Shown here: one piece after another, positions 28,443-38,938 of the stretch | Layout of the letters: each line of letters starts with the position of its first letter | Numbering within the stretch: position 1 is the stretch's first letter | Assembly (NCBI GenBank): GCA_016218105.1 | Contig: JACRET010000036.1 | Coordinates: 5,304 to 69,303 of the forward strand | From: Deltaproteobacteria bacterium | Lineage (GTDB): Bacteria; Desulfobacterota; GWC2-55-46 | DNA length: 64,000 nt | Direction: 5' to 3' | Position numbers and translations under genes: made by a program | Notes under the pieces: generated by a model | Told to the model about the DNA's origin: nothing | What the model saw: only the letters and a program-made list of their open reading frames with translations | The model's database searches: none

Positions 28443-30242
28443 CTACCATTGCATCTTAAAAAACACCTCCACCACCTTCGGGTCGAAGTCGCGGCCTGAG
28501 AGGGACAATATGTAATCCTTTATCTTCTCCTTGTTCCAGGCCTTCCTGTAAGGCCTGTCTGAGCCGAGCGCGTCCCATACATCGACAACCGAGAATATCC
28601 TCGCGGAAAGAGGTATCTCCGCGCCCCTAAGCTCTCTGGGATAGCCTGTGCCATCCCATTTCTCATGGTGGCAATAGGGTATGTCCAGGGCTGGGCGGAG
28701 GTAATTTATCGGCAAGAGCAGCTCATACGCGTATGCCGGGTGTTTTCTCATTATCTTCCATTCCTCCTCATTCAGGGGCGCGGGCTTTAAAAGTATCGCA
28801 TCAGGTATGCCCATCTTGCCTATGTCATGGAGGAGGGCGCCTCTCCTGACATGAACCAGTTCAGATTCGGTCATGCCCATAGTCCTGGCGATCCTTACCG
28901 TCATCTCGGTAACCCTGGACGAATGGCCCTCTGTCTCCTTGTCCCTGAGGTCGAGCGCATGGGACCAGCCCTCGAGGGTTGTCTCATACGCCATGGAAAG
29001 CTCGAGATTAGCCCTGTATAAATCGTTAAAAAGCGAGGCGTTATCTATCGCTATGGCAGCCTGGAGCGCGAGGGCCTCCATGAAATCGAGAAAATCGGCG
29101 TCATGCTCGATTTTTTTCCGGCTGAACGCCTCCAGCACCCCTTTGGTTTTCCCCTTTGAGATAAGCGGCAAAGCGCAGTAACAGACGAACCCTTCTTCCT
29201 TGAACATCGGTGCGCGCTCGAAATCCCCAATCTCATTTTTAAGATCAAGCACGCAGACCACCCTCCCTTCGGATACGGCTCTTCCAGCATGGCCTTCTCC
29301 TATGCGAAGCCTGGTATTTTTCAGCGCGGATGAATAAAAACCCCTCCCGGCGCTGTATTCCAGCCTCATCGTATTCTGGTTAAGGAGCAGTATATCCGCG
29401 GCATCCACATGGAGCGTCGCCGTTATCTGATCCAGTATTACATTCAAGGTCAGCCTCAGATCCAGGCTCGCTGTTATGGCCATGTCAATATTGCGGAGGG
29501 CCTTCAGCCTTCCCAACTGATTTTTGATCTGTATTTCGGCCCCTTTCCGTTCGGTTATATCCCTGATGATGGATGTGATGAAGACCTTCTCTTCAGACAT
29601 GTATGATGATATCGATATCTCTATGGGGAATTCAGCGCCATTCTTTCTAACCCCCTCAACCTCGTGGAGGCTCCCTCTTTTGAGCGTATTTTCCTTTAAG
29701 AATTCCTTGAACCCTTCCCTGTGCCGATCCCTGTACCTTTCTGGGATTATCATCATTATATCCGCTCCGAGCGCCTCCTCCCGGGTATATCCGAAGGCCG
29801 ATTCAGCGACATGGTTCCAGAATACGATCCTCATATCGGAATCTATGACGATTATTATGTCGTTGGATGTTTCGAGGAATGTCCTGTATTGCGCGTCCGT
29901 CCTCCTGAGCTCCGTAACCTTTGCCTCTATCGCGGCCTCTAGGTTCCTTGCGTAATCATTCAGTTTGGCATTCATGGCCTGAAGCTCATCTTGCGCCTCT
30001 CTCCGAAGACTTACCTCTCTTAAAAGAGGCCTGTACACCCATCTGTAAAGGCACGGGGTGAGGATGGTCACAAGGATGACGCTGTCCAGAAATGTATCGA
30101 AATACCCCCCGTAAAAATTTACGTAACGGAAAAAGAACATTATCAGGGTCTCAACGCCAAAGGTTATAAGAGATATCCTTAGCGCGTAGGCAAAAGCCGA
30201 ACGGGCGGATGCCTTCTCCGAAATAACATTACTCGATTCCAT
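28443..30242 (-). CDS. Membrane-anchored PAS-GAF-HD-GYP signalling protein (putative c-di-GMP phosphodiesterase)
   Basis: Two N-terminal TM helices, PAS (IIVIDSDMRIVFWNHVAESAFGY), GAF, then HD-GYP (HSSRV...LHDIGKMGIPD...HHEKWDGTGYP). Confidence 0.85.
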   Translation of the reverse strand: MESSNVISEKASARSAFAYALRISLITFGVETLIMFFFRYVNFYGGYFDTFLDSVILVTILTPCLYRWVYRPLLREVSLRREAQDELQAMNAKLNDYARNLEAAIEAKVTELRRTDAQYRTFLETSNDIIIVIDSDMRIVFWNHVAESAFGYTREEALGADIMMIIPERYRDRHREGFKEFLKENTLKRGSLHEVEGVRKNGAEFPIEISISSYMSEEKVFITSIIRDITERKGAEIQIKNQLGRLKALRNIDMAITASLDLRLTLNVILDQITATLHVDAADILLLNQNTMRLEYSAGRGFYSSALKNTRLRIGEGHAGRAVSEGRVVCVLDLKNEIGDFERAPMFKEEGFVCYCALPLISKGKTKGVLEAFSRKKIEHDADFLDFMEALALQAAIAIDNASLFNDLYRANLELSMAYETTLEGWSHALDLRDKETEGHSSRVTEMTVRIARTMGMTESELVHVRRGALLHDIGKMGIPDAILLKPAPLNEEEWKIMRKHPAYAYELLLPINYLRPALDIPYCHHEKWDGTGYPRELRGAEIPLSARIFSVVDVWDALGSDRPYRKAWNKEKIKDYILSLSGRDFDPKVVEVFFKMQW

Positions 30243-30250
30243 TTCGCTCC

Positions 30251-32629
30251 TTAAAATTGACCCTCGGGCCTGTTAAAGCGGCCTGCCGGGTCTACCCCGG
30301 ATAAGCGGAGGAATTCTCCGTAGCTCTTTAAGACCTTCTTGGCATAGTTGCGGGTTTCGCTGTATGGGATGGATTCGATGAATTCGTCAAGCTCGGAAGG
30401 GAGCGTCAGGGTCCACCGGGCGACCGCGTCAGGGCCTGCGTTATAGCCTGCTATCGTAAGCACGAGGTTGTTGTCGAACCTTTCCGCAAGGTGCGTCAGG
30501 TACCATGAACCAAGCTCGATATTAAGTTCAGGGTTAAAAAGCTCTTTTGAGTCGAAACCTTCTTTTTTAAGCTCTTTTGCCACAAACCTGGCGGTATACG
30601 GCATGATCTGCATAAGCCCAAGCGCCCCTACCGGAGAGACCGCCTTTGGGTTGAAATGGCTCTCCTCCCTCATAACCGCCGCTACAAGGTAAGGGTCCGC
30701 GTTCCCCGGCGCCTTTTCTTTTATGGTATCTATCAGCTTTAAAGGAAAAGCGAAGGCATAAAGGTCTTTTCTCTTCCCGTCCTTGTTAAATCCCGAAAGG
30801 TAAACCCTGTATATGCGCAGGGCCCTGAAATAATCTCCGCTGTCATAAAACAGCCCGGCCAGCATCTTCAAGGCCTCGTCATCCTTCGAATACCTCTTTG
30901 CAAGGAGGTCTACTTCCGCCGAGGCCTGAGCCTGCAGCCCCAGTGTGATAAGCTCCCTGGCGGCGAGATAATGCCCGTTTAAAAAAAGGAGGTCTTTTTT
31001 CTCGAAACCTTCCTCCGTATCCGCAAGGCTTAAGCCGTTTTCCTCGTCCCTTTCCTCAATTTCATCCGGCTCGGGTATAATCACCTCTTCTTGAACGGCC
31101 TCAGGGGCGCCCGGCGCGTCTATCCTTATGCCGGACCTGAGCGCCAGCATCCTGTCCCCGGCTATCTGCCTGTAATAGCCGTCCCTGTCCGCCTCACAAA
31201 CCTTGCCGTAGGCGTTCAGGGCATCGTCAACGCGCCCCATCTTTTCGAGAGACCTTCCCGACCAATAGAGCCCCTTTGTAAGCTCTTTTCCCTCAGCCGA
31301 TTCCAGAAAAAGGGATAAGGTTTTATACGCCTCCTCATATTTACCCTCGCGGTAATCTATCCAGCTTATCGACCAGAGGGCGTCCTTCGCGTGCTGGCTT
31401 CCGCGGAATTCATCGGCTACTTTTTTAAAATAGGCGAATGAGTCCTCCTTAAGCCTCTTTCCCTCATAAAAAGTACCCAGGTAGTAGAGTACCCCGGCCC
31501 TTTCCCTGCTCCCGGGGTATTTACGGGCGAGCTTCTTTTCAATCTTTATAAGCTCATCCCCGTCATTGCGCCTTAACGCTATGAGCCCCCAGAGGCTTAA
31601 CGCCTCCGCTTCTTTTTTTATCCCCTGTCCTTTTAAATATTCTTTTATCGTTTTTTCAGCCTGTTCGTATGATTTGAGCCTGACCTGGGCGTATGCTGTC
31701 TTGAGGAGTATCCTTTCACGCAGCTCTCCCTCTGCGCCCTTGATCTTCGAAAGCTCTCCGATGGATTCCTTGTAACGCGCCCCGTCGAATAATTTTCCGG
31801 CCCTCGTCATGATCTCTTCGGATGAAAGCTCGGGTGCCCCGCCCCCCGATTCCTTCAAGTCATTCAGGATGAGCAGGGCTATCTTTGAAGCGTTATCCAG
31901 AGGGTAATGGACGACAAGCCGCCTTAACGCCTCCGAGACTTCTTTCCCCTCGTTCAGATATAATGAGTTAAGAGCTGATTTAAAGAGCGCCGCAGGGATC
32001 GACGAGTTCTTCGGGTATTGGCGGATAAAATTGGAAAATTGGCCGCGGGCCTGAAGATACTCCCCAGCCTCCATCAGCGCCTCTCCCTTTTTAAAGAGCG
32101 AGTCGGCGGCTAAAGCCGAGCCTGGGTATAAGCATATGAGGGAATCGTAAAGAGAAGCCGCTTCGGCGAATTCACCTTTTATATGATGCGCGCGTCCGCG
32201 GAAAAAGAGCAGGTAATCCTTGATGTCCGGGATATCCAGAGCCCTGTCCAGAAATTCAAAGGCGTTCTCCCTCGCCTCATCAAGGGAGCCTAACCCTAAA
32301 AGGAGCGCGGCCCTTGACGCCCAGACAGTGCCGGGGAACTTATCGAGGATCTCGTTTAATCTGGTTTGCGCCTCGGCGGACTTGCCTGCCTTCCTCAGAC
32401 TGACGGCTGAGCTTAGGCAGTCCTCCGGCTCGCATCCCTCATTAACTAAAGGTTCCCTGATGTCATCCACTATTCTCTGGGGAGTATCCGCGATGGCTAC
32501 GGGAGTAACGTCTCGTCGAAACGAGCAAGATGAAGAGGTCAGGATCAGAATGGACGCAGCAAAGAGGCCTATAAGATAATGAAGGTCCTTATTTTCAGAG
32601 CGCTTCAAGGTTTCCTCCATTTTTGGCAA
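30251..32629 (-). CDS. slt: Soluble lytic murein transglycosylase (Slt70-like superhelical TPR-like domain + SLT domain), probable lipoprotein
   Basis: The C-terminal catalytic motif is AVMREESHFNPKAVSPVGALGLMQIMP...AGYNAGP. The N-terminal signal has LTSSSC. Confidence 0.85.
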   Translation of the reverse strand: MPKMEETLKRSENKDLHYLIGLFAASILILTSSSCSFRRDVTPVAIADTPQRIVDDIREPLVNEGCEPEDCLSSAVSLRKAGKSAEAQTRLNEILDKFPGTVWASRAALLLGLGSLDEARENAFEFLDRALDIPDIKDYLLFFRGRAHHIKGEFAEAASLYDSLICLYPGSALAADSLFKKGEALMEAGEYLQARGQFSNFIRQYPKNSSIPAALFKSALNSLYLNEGKEVSEALRRLVVHYPLDNASKIALLILNDLKESGGGAPELSSEEIMTRAGKLFDGARYKESIGELSKIKGAEGELRERILLKTAYAQVRLKSYEQAEKTIKEYLKGQGIKKEAEALSLWGLIALRRNDGDELIKIEKKLARKYPGSRERAGVLYYLGTFYEGKRLKEDSFAYFKKVADEFRGSQHAKDALWSISWIDYREGKYEEAYKTLSLFLESAEGKELTKGLYWSGRSLEKMGRVDDALNAYGKVCEADRDGYYRQIAGDRMLALRSGIRIDAPGAPEAVQEEVIIPEPDEIEERDEENGLSLADTEEGFEKKDLLFLNGHYLAARELITLGLQAQASAEVDLLAKRYSKDDEALKMLAGLFYDSGDYFRALRIYRVYLSGFNKDGKRKDLYAFAFPLKLIDTIKEKAPGNADPYLVAAVMREESHFNPKAVSPVGALGLMQIMPYTARFVAKELKKEGFDSKELFNPELNIELGSWYLTHLAERFDNNLVLTIAGYNAGPDAVARWTLTLPSELDEFIESIPYSETRNYAKKVLKSYGEFLRLSGVDPAGRFNRPEGQF

Positions 32630-32784
32630 TTATATCACAGAGAAAGCCAAGTTCAAGCCGATATAAAAGACCCCTTTCCTCCAGGCCCTTGTAAAGGCGG
32701 TTTGCAGACCTCCCCATAGTTTGATAGAATAGATGACAAAGGACGTAAGGCCCTGGAAAGATTAAAATTTTTTTGAAAACCTTC

Positions 32785-32812
32785 TTGATTAAGGCACCTG
32801 TTGTTGTATAAT
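32785..32812 (+). promoter_or_regulatory. Candidate sigma70-type promoter for the glucan phosphorylase gene
   Basis: TTGATT, a 16-nt spacer, then TATAAT. It lies 41 nt upstream of the ATG at 32853. Confidence 0.45.
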
Positions 32813-32852
32813 CGCATCTAGCACCTGAATCTTTAAAAGGTAAAGGAGTTTT

Positions 32853-34574
32853 ATGAGATTTGCATTGTCACAGGATTTAATGTCCGAGCCGCAGATAGCC
32901 TACTTCTCCATGGAGATAGGTTTCAGAAACGACATACCCACATATAGCGGCGGCCTGGGGGTGCTTGCGGGCGACACTATAAAATCCGCCGCCGACCTTA
33001 ACCTTCCTGTCGTGGCGGTAACGCTCCTCCACAGGAAAGGATACTTCAGGCAGGAACTTGACGGCTCTGGCAGGCAGATCGAGCACCCCGAGGAATGGAA
33101 GCCCGAAGACTGCATGACGCTTCTTCCGCAAAAGGCGCGCATTACCATCGAAGACAGGGAAGTCGCCGTACAGGCCTGGGTTTATAATATCTCCAACGTC
33201 GTCACGAACTGGGCCGTGCCGATCTTTTTCCTTGATACCGACCTGCCTGAGAATGAACCGGAAGACAGGGCGCTTACCGACCACCTTTACGGCGGAGACG
33301 ACAGGTACAGGCTTAAACAGGAGGTAGTGCTGGGTATCGGCGGAGTGCTGATGCTGCGGGCTATCGGCATCAGGATAAAGAAGTACCACATGAACGAGGG
33401 GCACGCGAGCTTTCTTACGCTTGAACTCCTTCAGAGATACAAGAAAGACATAGAATCCGTCTGGGACGAAAGGCAGATCTGGGATGTAGACCGCGTAAAG
33501 GATCTATGCGTGTTTACCACACACACGCCTGTCGAGGCCGGACACGATAAGTTCTCATACGACCTCGTCAGGGAAGTGATGGGAGAGATAATACCGTTTG
33601 ACGTCCTTAAGGACCTGGCCGGCAAAGACAAGCTTAACATGACGCTGCTCGCCATGAACCTCAGCAAATATATAAACGGGGTGGCTAAAAAGCACGGCGA
33701 AGTATCCAAGATGCTCTTCCCGGGCTATAAGATACAGGCCATTACAAACGGGGTGCACACTTTTACCTGGACGTGCGAGTCCTTCGCGAGGCTTTACGAC
33801 AAGTACATACCTGGCTGGGCGAATGAGCCGGAGCTGTTCGTGAGGATCGGCAAAATCCCTGATGAGGAAATATGGGGCGCCCACATGGAGGCGAAAAAAC
33901 ACCTTATAGACTATGTAAATAATCTTACCGGCATCGGGATGGATTACGAGACGTTTACCATCGGCTTCGCCCGCAGGGCCACCGCCTATAAGAGGTCGAA
34001 CCTCCTGTTTTCGGATATCGAGCGCCTGAGGAAGATAGGGAAAAAGAAGCTTCAGATCATCTACGCTGGCAAGGCGCACCCCAAGGACTACGAAGGCAAG
34101 AAGAACATAGAAGAGATATTCAAGAAATCAAAGGAACTCAAGGACGACATCAAGATAATCTACCTTCAAAATTACAACATGGATCTGGCCCTCAAACTGG
34201 TCTCCGGGGTTGACGTATGGCTCAACACCCCCATGAGGCCGAGGGAGGCCTCGGGCACCAGCGGAATGAAGGCCGCCCATAATGGTGTCATGAACTTCAG
34301 CGTCCTGGACGGCTGGTGGATAGAGGGGCACATAGAAGGCTTCACGGGATGGTCCATAGGCCCGAGCCCGACCGAGGCCACGCTCACCAAATCAACCGAC
34401 CTGCTCGATGCCGAAGACCTCTACGACAAGCTGGAGCATCAGGTGATCCCCACCTATTACGAGAACAGGCTTATCTGGGTACGCATGATGCAGAACGCGA
34501 TCGGAAAGAACGCCAACTACTTCAACTCCCACAGGATGATGAGGAGATATGTAACCGAGGCGTATATAAGATGA
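32853..34574 (+). CDS. glgP: Alpha-glucan (maltodextrin/glycogen) phosphorylase, short GT35 type
   Basis: YSGGLGVLAGDTIKSAADL, HMNEGHA, and the pyridoxal-phosphate site EASGTSGMKAAHNG. Confidence 0.85.
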   Translation: MRFALSQDLMSEPQIAYFSMEIGFRNDIPTYSGGLGVLAGDTIKSAADLNLPVVAVTLLHRKGYFRQELDGSGRQIEHPEEWKPEDCMTLLPQKARITIEDREVAVQAWVYNISNVVTNWAVPIFFLDTDLPENEPEDRALTDHLYGGDDRYRLKQEVVLGIGGVLMLRAIGIRIKKYHMNEGHASFLTLELLQRYKKDIESVWDERQIWDVDRVKDLCVFTTHTPVEAGHDKFSYDLVREVMGEIIPFDVLKDLAGKDKLNMTLLAMNLSKYINGVAKKHGEVSKMLFPGYKIQAITNGVHTFTWTCESFARLYDKYIPGWANEPELFVRIGKIPDEEIWGAHMEAKKHLIDYVNNLTGIGMDYETFTIGFARRATAYKRSNLLFSDIERLRKIGKKKLQIIYAGKAHPKDYEGKKNIEEIFKKSKELKDDIKIIYLQNYNMDLALKLVSGVDVWLNTPMRPREASGTSGMKAAHNGVMNFSVLDGWWIEGHIEGFTGWSIGPSPTEATLTKSTDLLDAEDLYDKLEHQVIPTYYENRLIWVRMMQNAIGKNANYFNSHRMMRRYVTEAYIR

Positions 34575-34598
34575 TCGACTCCCCCGGGGCCTGACCGG

Positions 34599-35690
34599 AT
34601 GGGTCTTCAAGAGATACTCTTTTTCCTGTCCGGCCTCTTCTTACTGGTCATAGGCGCTGAAGCGCTCGTGAGGGGCTCTTCACGCCTTGCCGCCATAGCC
34701 GGCGTCTCTCCACTGGTAATCGGCCTTACCATAGTAGCCTTCGGCACAAGCTCGCCTGAGACGGCGGTGAGCGTCGTATCGAGCATCAAAGGCCAGGCGG
34801 ACCTGTCGGTAGGCAATGTCGTAGGCTCGAATATCTTCAACATCCTTTGCATCCTCGGCCTATCGGCCTTGATAATCCCCCTTGGGGTATCCAGGCAGCT
34901 TATCAGGTTCGATGTGCCGGTGATGATCCTGTCTTCAGCCCTCCTGTTCCTCTTCGGCTTAAATGGCAACATAAGCAGGGGCGAGGGCGTCATATTCCTT
35001 ACAGGTATTTTTGCCTATACGGGCATACTCTTATACAAGAGTAAAAAGGAAAGCGCCGCCATAAAAGAGGAGTACGAAAAGGAATTCGGCTTCCATAACG
35101 GCAGGTCTTTAAAAAAATGGGCCGTCAACATCCTGCTTATAATCATCGGCCTGGCATTGCTCGTAATCGGCTCAAAGTGGCTGGTAGACGGCGCGACCGC
35201 GATGGCGAGGTCTTTGGGGGCAAGCGAGCTTATCGTAGGGCTGACTATAGTGGCCGCAGGCACGTCGCTCCCTGAGCTTGCTACATCGGTACTGGCGAGC
35301 ATTCGGGGGGAGCGGGATATCGCCGTAGGCAATATCATCGGCAGTAATGTCTACAATATACTCGGCGTGCTCGGTTTATCGAGCGTTGTCAATGCTGGCG
35401 GGATCAAGGTATCCCGGGCCGCCACTGCGTTCGACATACCGGTAATGGCGGCGGTAGCAGCCGCCTGCCTGCCGGTCTTCCTTACCGGCAGGATGATCTC
35501 GCGCTGGGAGGGCGCCCTTTTCTTCGCCTATTACCTCGCGTATACCGCGTATCTGATCCTGCTGGCGACGGGCCACCATTTTACAGGCGCGTACGCGTTC
35601 TGGTTCTCCTCGGCCATCATCCCCGCTACCATCGTTGTCCTTCTGTTTACGCTCATCTCCGGCTTAAGGCGAGCGCGGAGGAAGCCTTAG
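34599..35690 (+). CDS. CaCA family sodium/calcium exchanger membrane protein (YrbG-like)
   Basis: Two internal alpha-repeat motifs: GTSSPETAVSVVS...GNVVGSNIFNIL and GTSLPELATSVLA...GNIIGSNVYNIL. Confidence 0.85.
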   Translation: MGLQEILFFLSGLFLLVIGAEALVRGSSRLAAIAGVSPLVIGLTIVAFGTSSPETAVSVVSSIKGQADLSVGNVVGSNIFNILCILGLSALIIPLGVSRQLIRFDVPVMILSSALLFLFGLNGNISRGEGVIFLTGIFAYTGILLYKSKKESAAIKEEYEKEFGFHNGRSLKKWAVNILLIIIGLALLVIGSKWLVDGATAMARSLGASELIVGLTIVAAGTSLPELATSVLASIRGERDIAVGNIIGSNVYNILGVLGLSSVVNAGGIKVSRAATAFDIPVMAAVAAACLPVFLTGRMISRWEGALFFAYYLAYTAYLILLATGHHFTGAYAFWFSSAIIPATIVVLLFTLISGLRRARRKP

Positions 35691-35749
35691 CCCACCCTTG
35701 ACAACATTCGATTATCGGATACGCTTTGAATATACAAGCGAGGTGACCT

Positions 35750-36106
35750 ATGCCTGCGATAGTACATTTTGAGATACCTGCCGATGACGTGAACAGGGCG
35801 AAGGGTTTTTACACAAAACTCTTCGGCTGGGAATTCAAGGAAGTGCCTCAAATGAATTACTGGCTCATCTCCACGGGAAAAGGCTCTACCGGCGGGGGGA
35901 TGATGAAGAGGCAAGACCCGCAGCAGAAGATAATCGATTATATCGACGTGCCTGATATTGACAAATACCTGAAGGAAATAGAAAGGCTTGGAGGGAAGGT
36001 ATTGGCCGGCAAGACGGCCGTGCCGAAGATGGGATACTTCGCGGTTTGCATGGACACGGAGGGTAATCCCTTCGGCCTCTGGAAGGACGATGTGAACGCG
36101 AAATAG
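35750..36106 (+). CDS. VOC / glyoxalase-bleomycin-resistance family protein
   Basis: 118 aa; HFEIPADDVNRAKGFYTKLFGWEF...GYFAVCMDTEGNPFGLW is typical of the single-domain VOC fold. Confidence 0.75.
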   Translation: MPAIVHFEIPADDVNRAKGFYTKLFGWEFKEVPQMNYWLISTGKGSTGGGMMKRQDPQQKIIDYIDVPDIDKYLKEIERLGGKVLAGKTAVPKMGYFAVCMDTEGNPFGLWKDDVNAK

Positions 36107-36124
36107 GTTTTTTGAGGAGGCTCC

Positions 36125-36196
36125 GTAAAAAACCTTTTTGCGCGTTGCCACGCGCTTTCGGGTATTGGCTCCGCTCGCTGTCGGCTCTCTCCCTTC
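36125..36196 (+). repeat. Dispersed intergenic repeat, family 1, copy 2
   Basis: GTAAAAAACCTTTTTGCGCGTTGCCACGCGCTTTCGGGTATTGGCTCCGCTCGCTGTCGGCTCTCTCCCTTC, same orientation as 26114..26183. It sits between the convergent VOC and pyk genes. Confidence 0.8.
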
Positions 36197-36234
36197 GTTG
36201 CCGGTCACCCGATGAAGCTCCCCGCTGCAAGAGA

Positions 36235-37704
36235 TTAACCGTCTCTGCCCTTAAGATACAGCTTGCACTCCTCGCTCCCTATCCAGTCTATCTTCATCAT
36301 GTTCGTGGCGCCCCGCATGCCGACCTTGGTCCCTGAGACGACTACTATGGTATCTCCGAGCCCCGCTATGCCGTAATCCAGGAGCGCGGCCTCTCCCCTG
36401 CAGATCATCTCGTCGGTATGGAGTCCGAACTCGATTGTAAACGGCTCTACCCCCCAGACGAGGGCAAGCCTTCTCCATGTGGTCTCAAGAGGGGTAAAGG
36501 CTATAATACGCGTAGTGGGACGAAGCTTTGAGAGAAGCCTGGCGGTTTCTCCTGTCTGGGTAAAGACGACGATGGCTTTCGAGTTGACCTCGTTGGACGC
36601 GGCGTTCGCGGCGAATGCCACAGCCTGAGCGAATGACCCTGCGACGGGCTTTTTCCTTCTCAGCAGATGCTTCTGGGCAAGGGCCGCCTCTTCAGCCTCT
36701 CTCGCTATCTTTACCATCATCTCAACGGCCTTTATCGGATATTTCCCGACGGCGGTTTCGCCCGAGAGCATAAGCGCGTCCGTGCCGTCAAACACGGCGT
36801 TCGCGACGTCCGACGCCTCGGCCCTCGTGGGCCTCGGATTCTCTATCATCGACTCAAGCATCTGTGTGGCGGTGATGACGAGTTTTCCGGCCTCATTCGC
36901 CTTTGAGATGAGCTTTTTCTGCAATACCGGAACTTCCTCCGCCGCCAGTTCCACGCCCAAATCCCCCCGGGCGATCATTATCCCGTCAGCCTCTTCGAAG
37001 ATCGCGTCAAGATTGGCTACAGCCTCCGCCTTTTCTATCTTGGCTATGACCGGGATGTCGGCGCCTTGCTCCTTAAGCCGCTCCTTAAGCTCAACTATAT
37101 CCGACGCCTTCCTGACGAACGAGAGCGCGATGTAATCGACCCCATGAGAGACGCCAAATTTTATGTCCTCGATATCTTTTTGCGAAAGGCTCGGCGCGCT
37201 TACGTTCACGCCGGGGAGGTTCATGCCCTTATTCTCTTTTAAAAGCCCGCCGTAGACGACCTCGCACTCGACCATAAGGCCGGTGACGCCAAGGACCCTC
37301 GCTTCTATTATCCCGTCATCCAGAAGTATCCTGTCGCCGGGCTTTACATCCCTATAAAGATCCTTATATGTCGTTGAAAGTATCTTTTCGTCACCGTCGG
37401 GTTCTTCGGCGCTTATGGTTATCTTCTGGCCGCGCTTGAGCTCTACAGGCGCCTTCAGTTTCCCGACCCTGATCTTCGGCCCCTGGAGGTCCATCAGTAT
37501 CGATACCGGCAAAGCAAGCCGTCTTGAAGCCGCCCGTATCCGGGAGACGGCCTCGGAGTGGGTATCAAGCTTTCCGTGAGAGAGGTTCAGCCTGAAGACG
37601 TTCACGCCGGCGAGCAGAAGATTTTCTATCACGTCCGGGGAAGATGAAGATGGCCCGATCGTGGCTACGATCTTTGTCTTTCTTTTGTCATGCAGTCTTT
37701 CCAT
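36235..37704 (-). CDS. pyk: Pyruvate kinase
   Basis: KTKIVATIGPSS, NLSHG, the MIARGDLGVE motif, TQMLESM, and a C-terminal regulatory domain. Confidence 0.92.
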   Translation of the reverse strand: MERLHDKRKTKIVATIGPSSSSPDVIENLLLAGVNVFRLNLSHGKLDTHSEAVSRIRAASRRLALPVSILMDLQGPKIRVGKLKAPVELKRGQKITISAEEPDGDEKILSTTYKDLYRDVKPGDRILLDDGIIEARVLGVTGLMVECEVVYGGLLKENKGMNLPGVNVSAPSLSQKDIEDIKFGVSHGVDYIALSFVRKASDIVELKERLKEQGADIPVIAKIEKAEAVANLDAIFEEADGIMIARGDLGVELAAEEVPVLQKKLISKANEAGKLVITATQMLESMIENPRPTRAEASDVANAVFDGTDALMLSGETAVGKYPIKAVEMMVKIAREAEEAALAQKHLLRRKKPVAGSFAQAVAFAANAASNEVNSKAIVVFTQTGETARLLSKLRPTTRIIAFTPLETTWRRLALVWGVEPFTIEFGLHTDEMICRGEAALLDYGIAGLGDTIVVVSGTKVGMRGATNMMKIDWIGSEECKLYLKGRDG

Positions 37705-37834
37705 GTCAAATCCTTTCAGAAGTGTATATTATCCTTATGAAAAGATTATGTCAATCAGGGGAGAGTCTGCCGTGACTTGACGCAGAGTATTGACAAAAAA
37801 ACGATTTGCCATTTTAATTGGTCTGGGGGTGCCG

Positions 37835-38668
37835 ATGAACTTCGGTGAATTTAAAATTTATCCTGTAAGCGACGGGTACTTTAGATTGGACGGCGGCGCC
37901 ATGTTCGGCGTAGTCCCGCGCTCCATGTGGGAGAAGACAAACCCTCCCGACGACAAGAACAGGATCACGTTAGGGCTAAATACCCTGCTGGTGCAGACGC
38001 AGAGGGGCAATATTCTTATAGATACCGGCATAGGAGACAAGAGAGACGCAAAATTCAACTCGATCTTTGCCGTTGAAAAGGAACCGTCCCTTGCCGATTC
38101 CCTGGCCTTGCTCGGTTTGAAAAAAACCGATATCACGATCGTAATCAATACCCATCTTCATTTTGACCATGCCGGAGGGAATACCGTAATAGACGGAGAC
38201 GGTGTCAGGCCGGCCTTTCCGAATGCCAGGTACATCGTTCAAAGGGGCGAATGGGAGGCCGCGAACAAGCCGAACGAGAGGACACAGGCGAGTTACAAGC
38301 CGGATGATTTTATTCCCGTAATGGAGGCCGGGCTTTTAAATCTGGTCGAAGGAGACGGCGAGATAGTAAAAGGTATTTCGGTCTTCAAGGCCCCCGGCCA
38401 TAACAGGGACTTACAGCTTGTTAAAATCGAATCTCTGGGGAAGACAGCCCTGTACTTTAGCGATCTGGTGCCGACGACAACGCATCTTAGATATCCCTAC
38501 ATCGCGGGTTATGACCTTTTTCCGCTCGAAACCCTTCGCTTAAAGAAAGAGCTTATCACAAGAGCCGCTCTGGAGAGATGGCTGCTTATCTTCGAGCACG
38601 ACGCCTCGATAAGGGCCGGATATGTCAAGCTGAAGGAAGGCAATCCGGAATTCGAGGCGCTTTTCTAA
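37835..38668 (+). CDS. MBL-fold metallo-hydrolase
   Basis: HLHFDHAGGN (HxHxDH). The ATG at 37835 with a GGGGG RBS is preferred over the TTG at 37790. Confidence 0.8.
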   Translation: MNFGEFKIYPVSDGYFRLDGGAMFGVVPRSMWEKTNPPDDKNRITLGLNTLLVQTQRGNILIDTGIGDKRDAKFNSIFAVEKEPSLADSLALLGLKKTDITIVINTHLHFDHAGGNTVIDGDGVRPAFPNARYIVQRGEWEAANKPNERTQASYKPDDFIPVMEAGLLNLVEGDGEIVKGISVFKAPGHNRDLQLVKIESLGKTALYFSDLVPTTTHLRYPYIAGYDLFPLETLRLKKELITRAALERWLLIFEHDASIRAGYVKLKEGNPEFEALF

Positions 38669-38868
38669 CCAGATTGCTGAAAACCCAAAATTGTTAAAAA
38701 ACAGGACACCAGTGTCCAGATCGGACATTACTGTCCTGTTTGCCCGCCACCCTCAAAACAACACCTGTGTAGCGGCAAATGGCTCAACATCTTTTGACCC
38801 TTAAAAAAACAAGAAAATTCAATTATTTACAAGTATGACTCCGGGCAATTCAGGGCTATCCTCCTTGA

Positions 38869-38884
38869 TGGCAAGTATCTTGCA
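38869..38884 (+). promoter_or_regulatory. Candidate sigma54 (-24/-12) promoter upstream of the solitary MCP gene
   Basis: TGGCAAGTATCTTGCA matches TGGCAC-N5-TTGCA in register. It lies 55 nt upstream of the ATG at 38939. Confidence 0.5.
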
Positions 38885-38938
38885 ATTATAGCCGCTTGTC
38901 AGAAAATCTATTCGCATCAAAACGGGAGGAAGTCTGCA

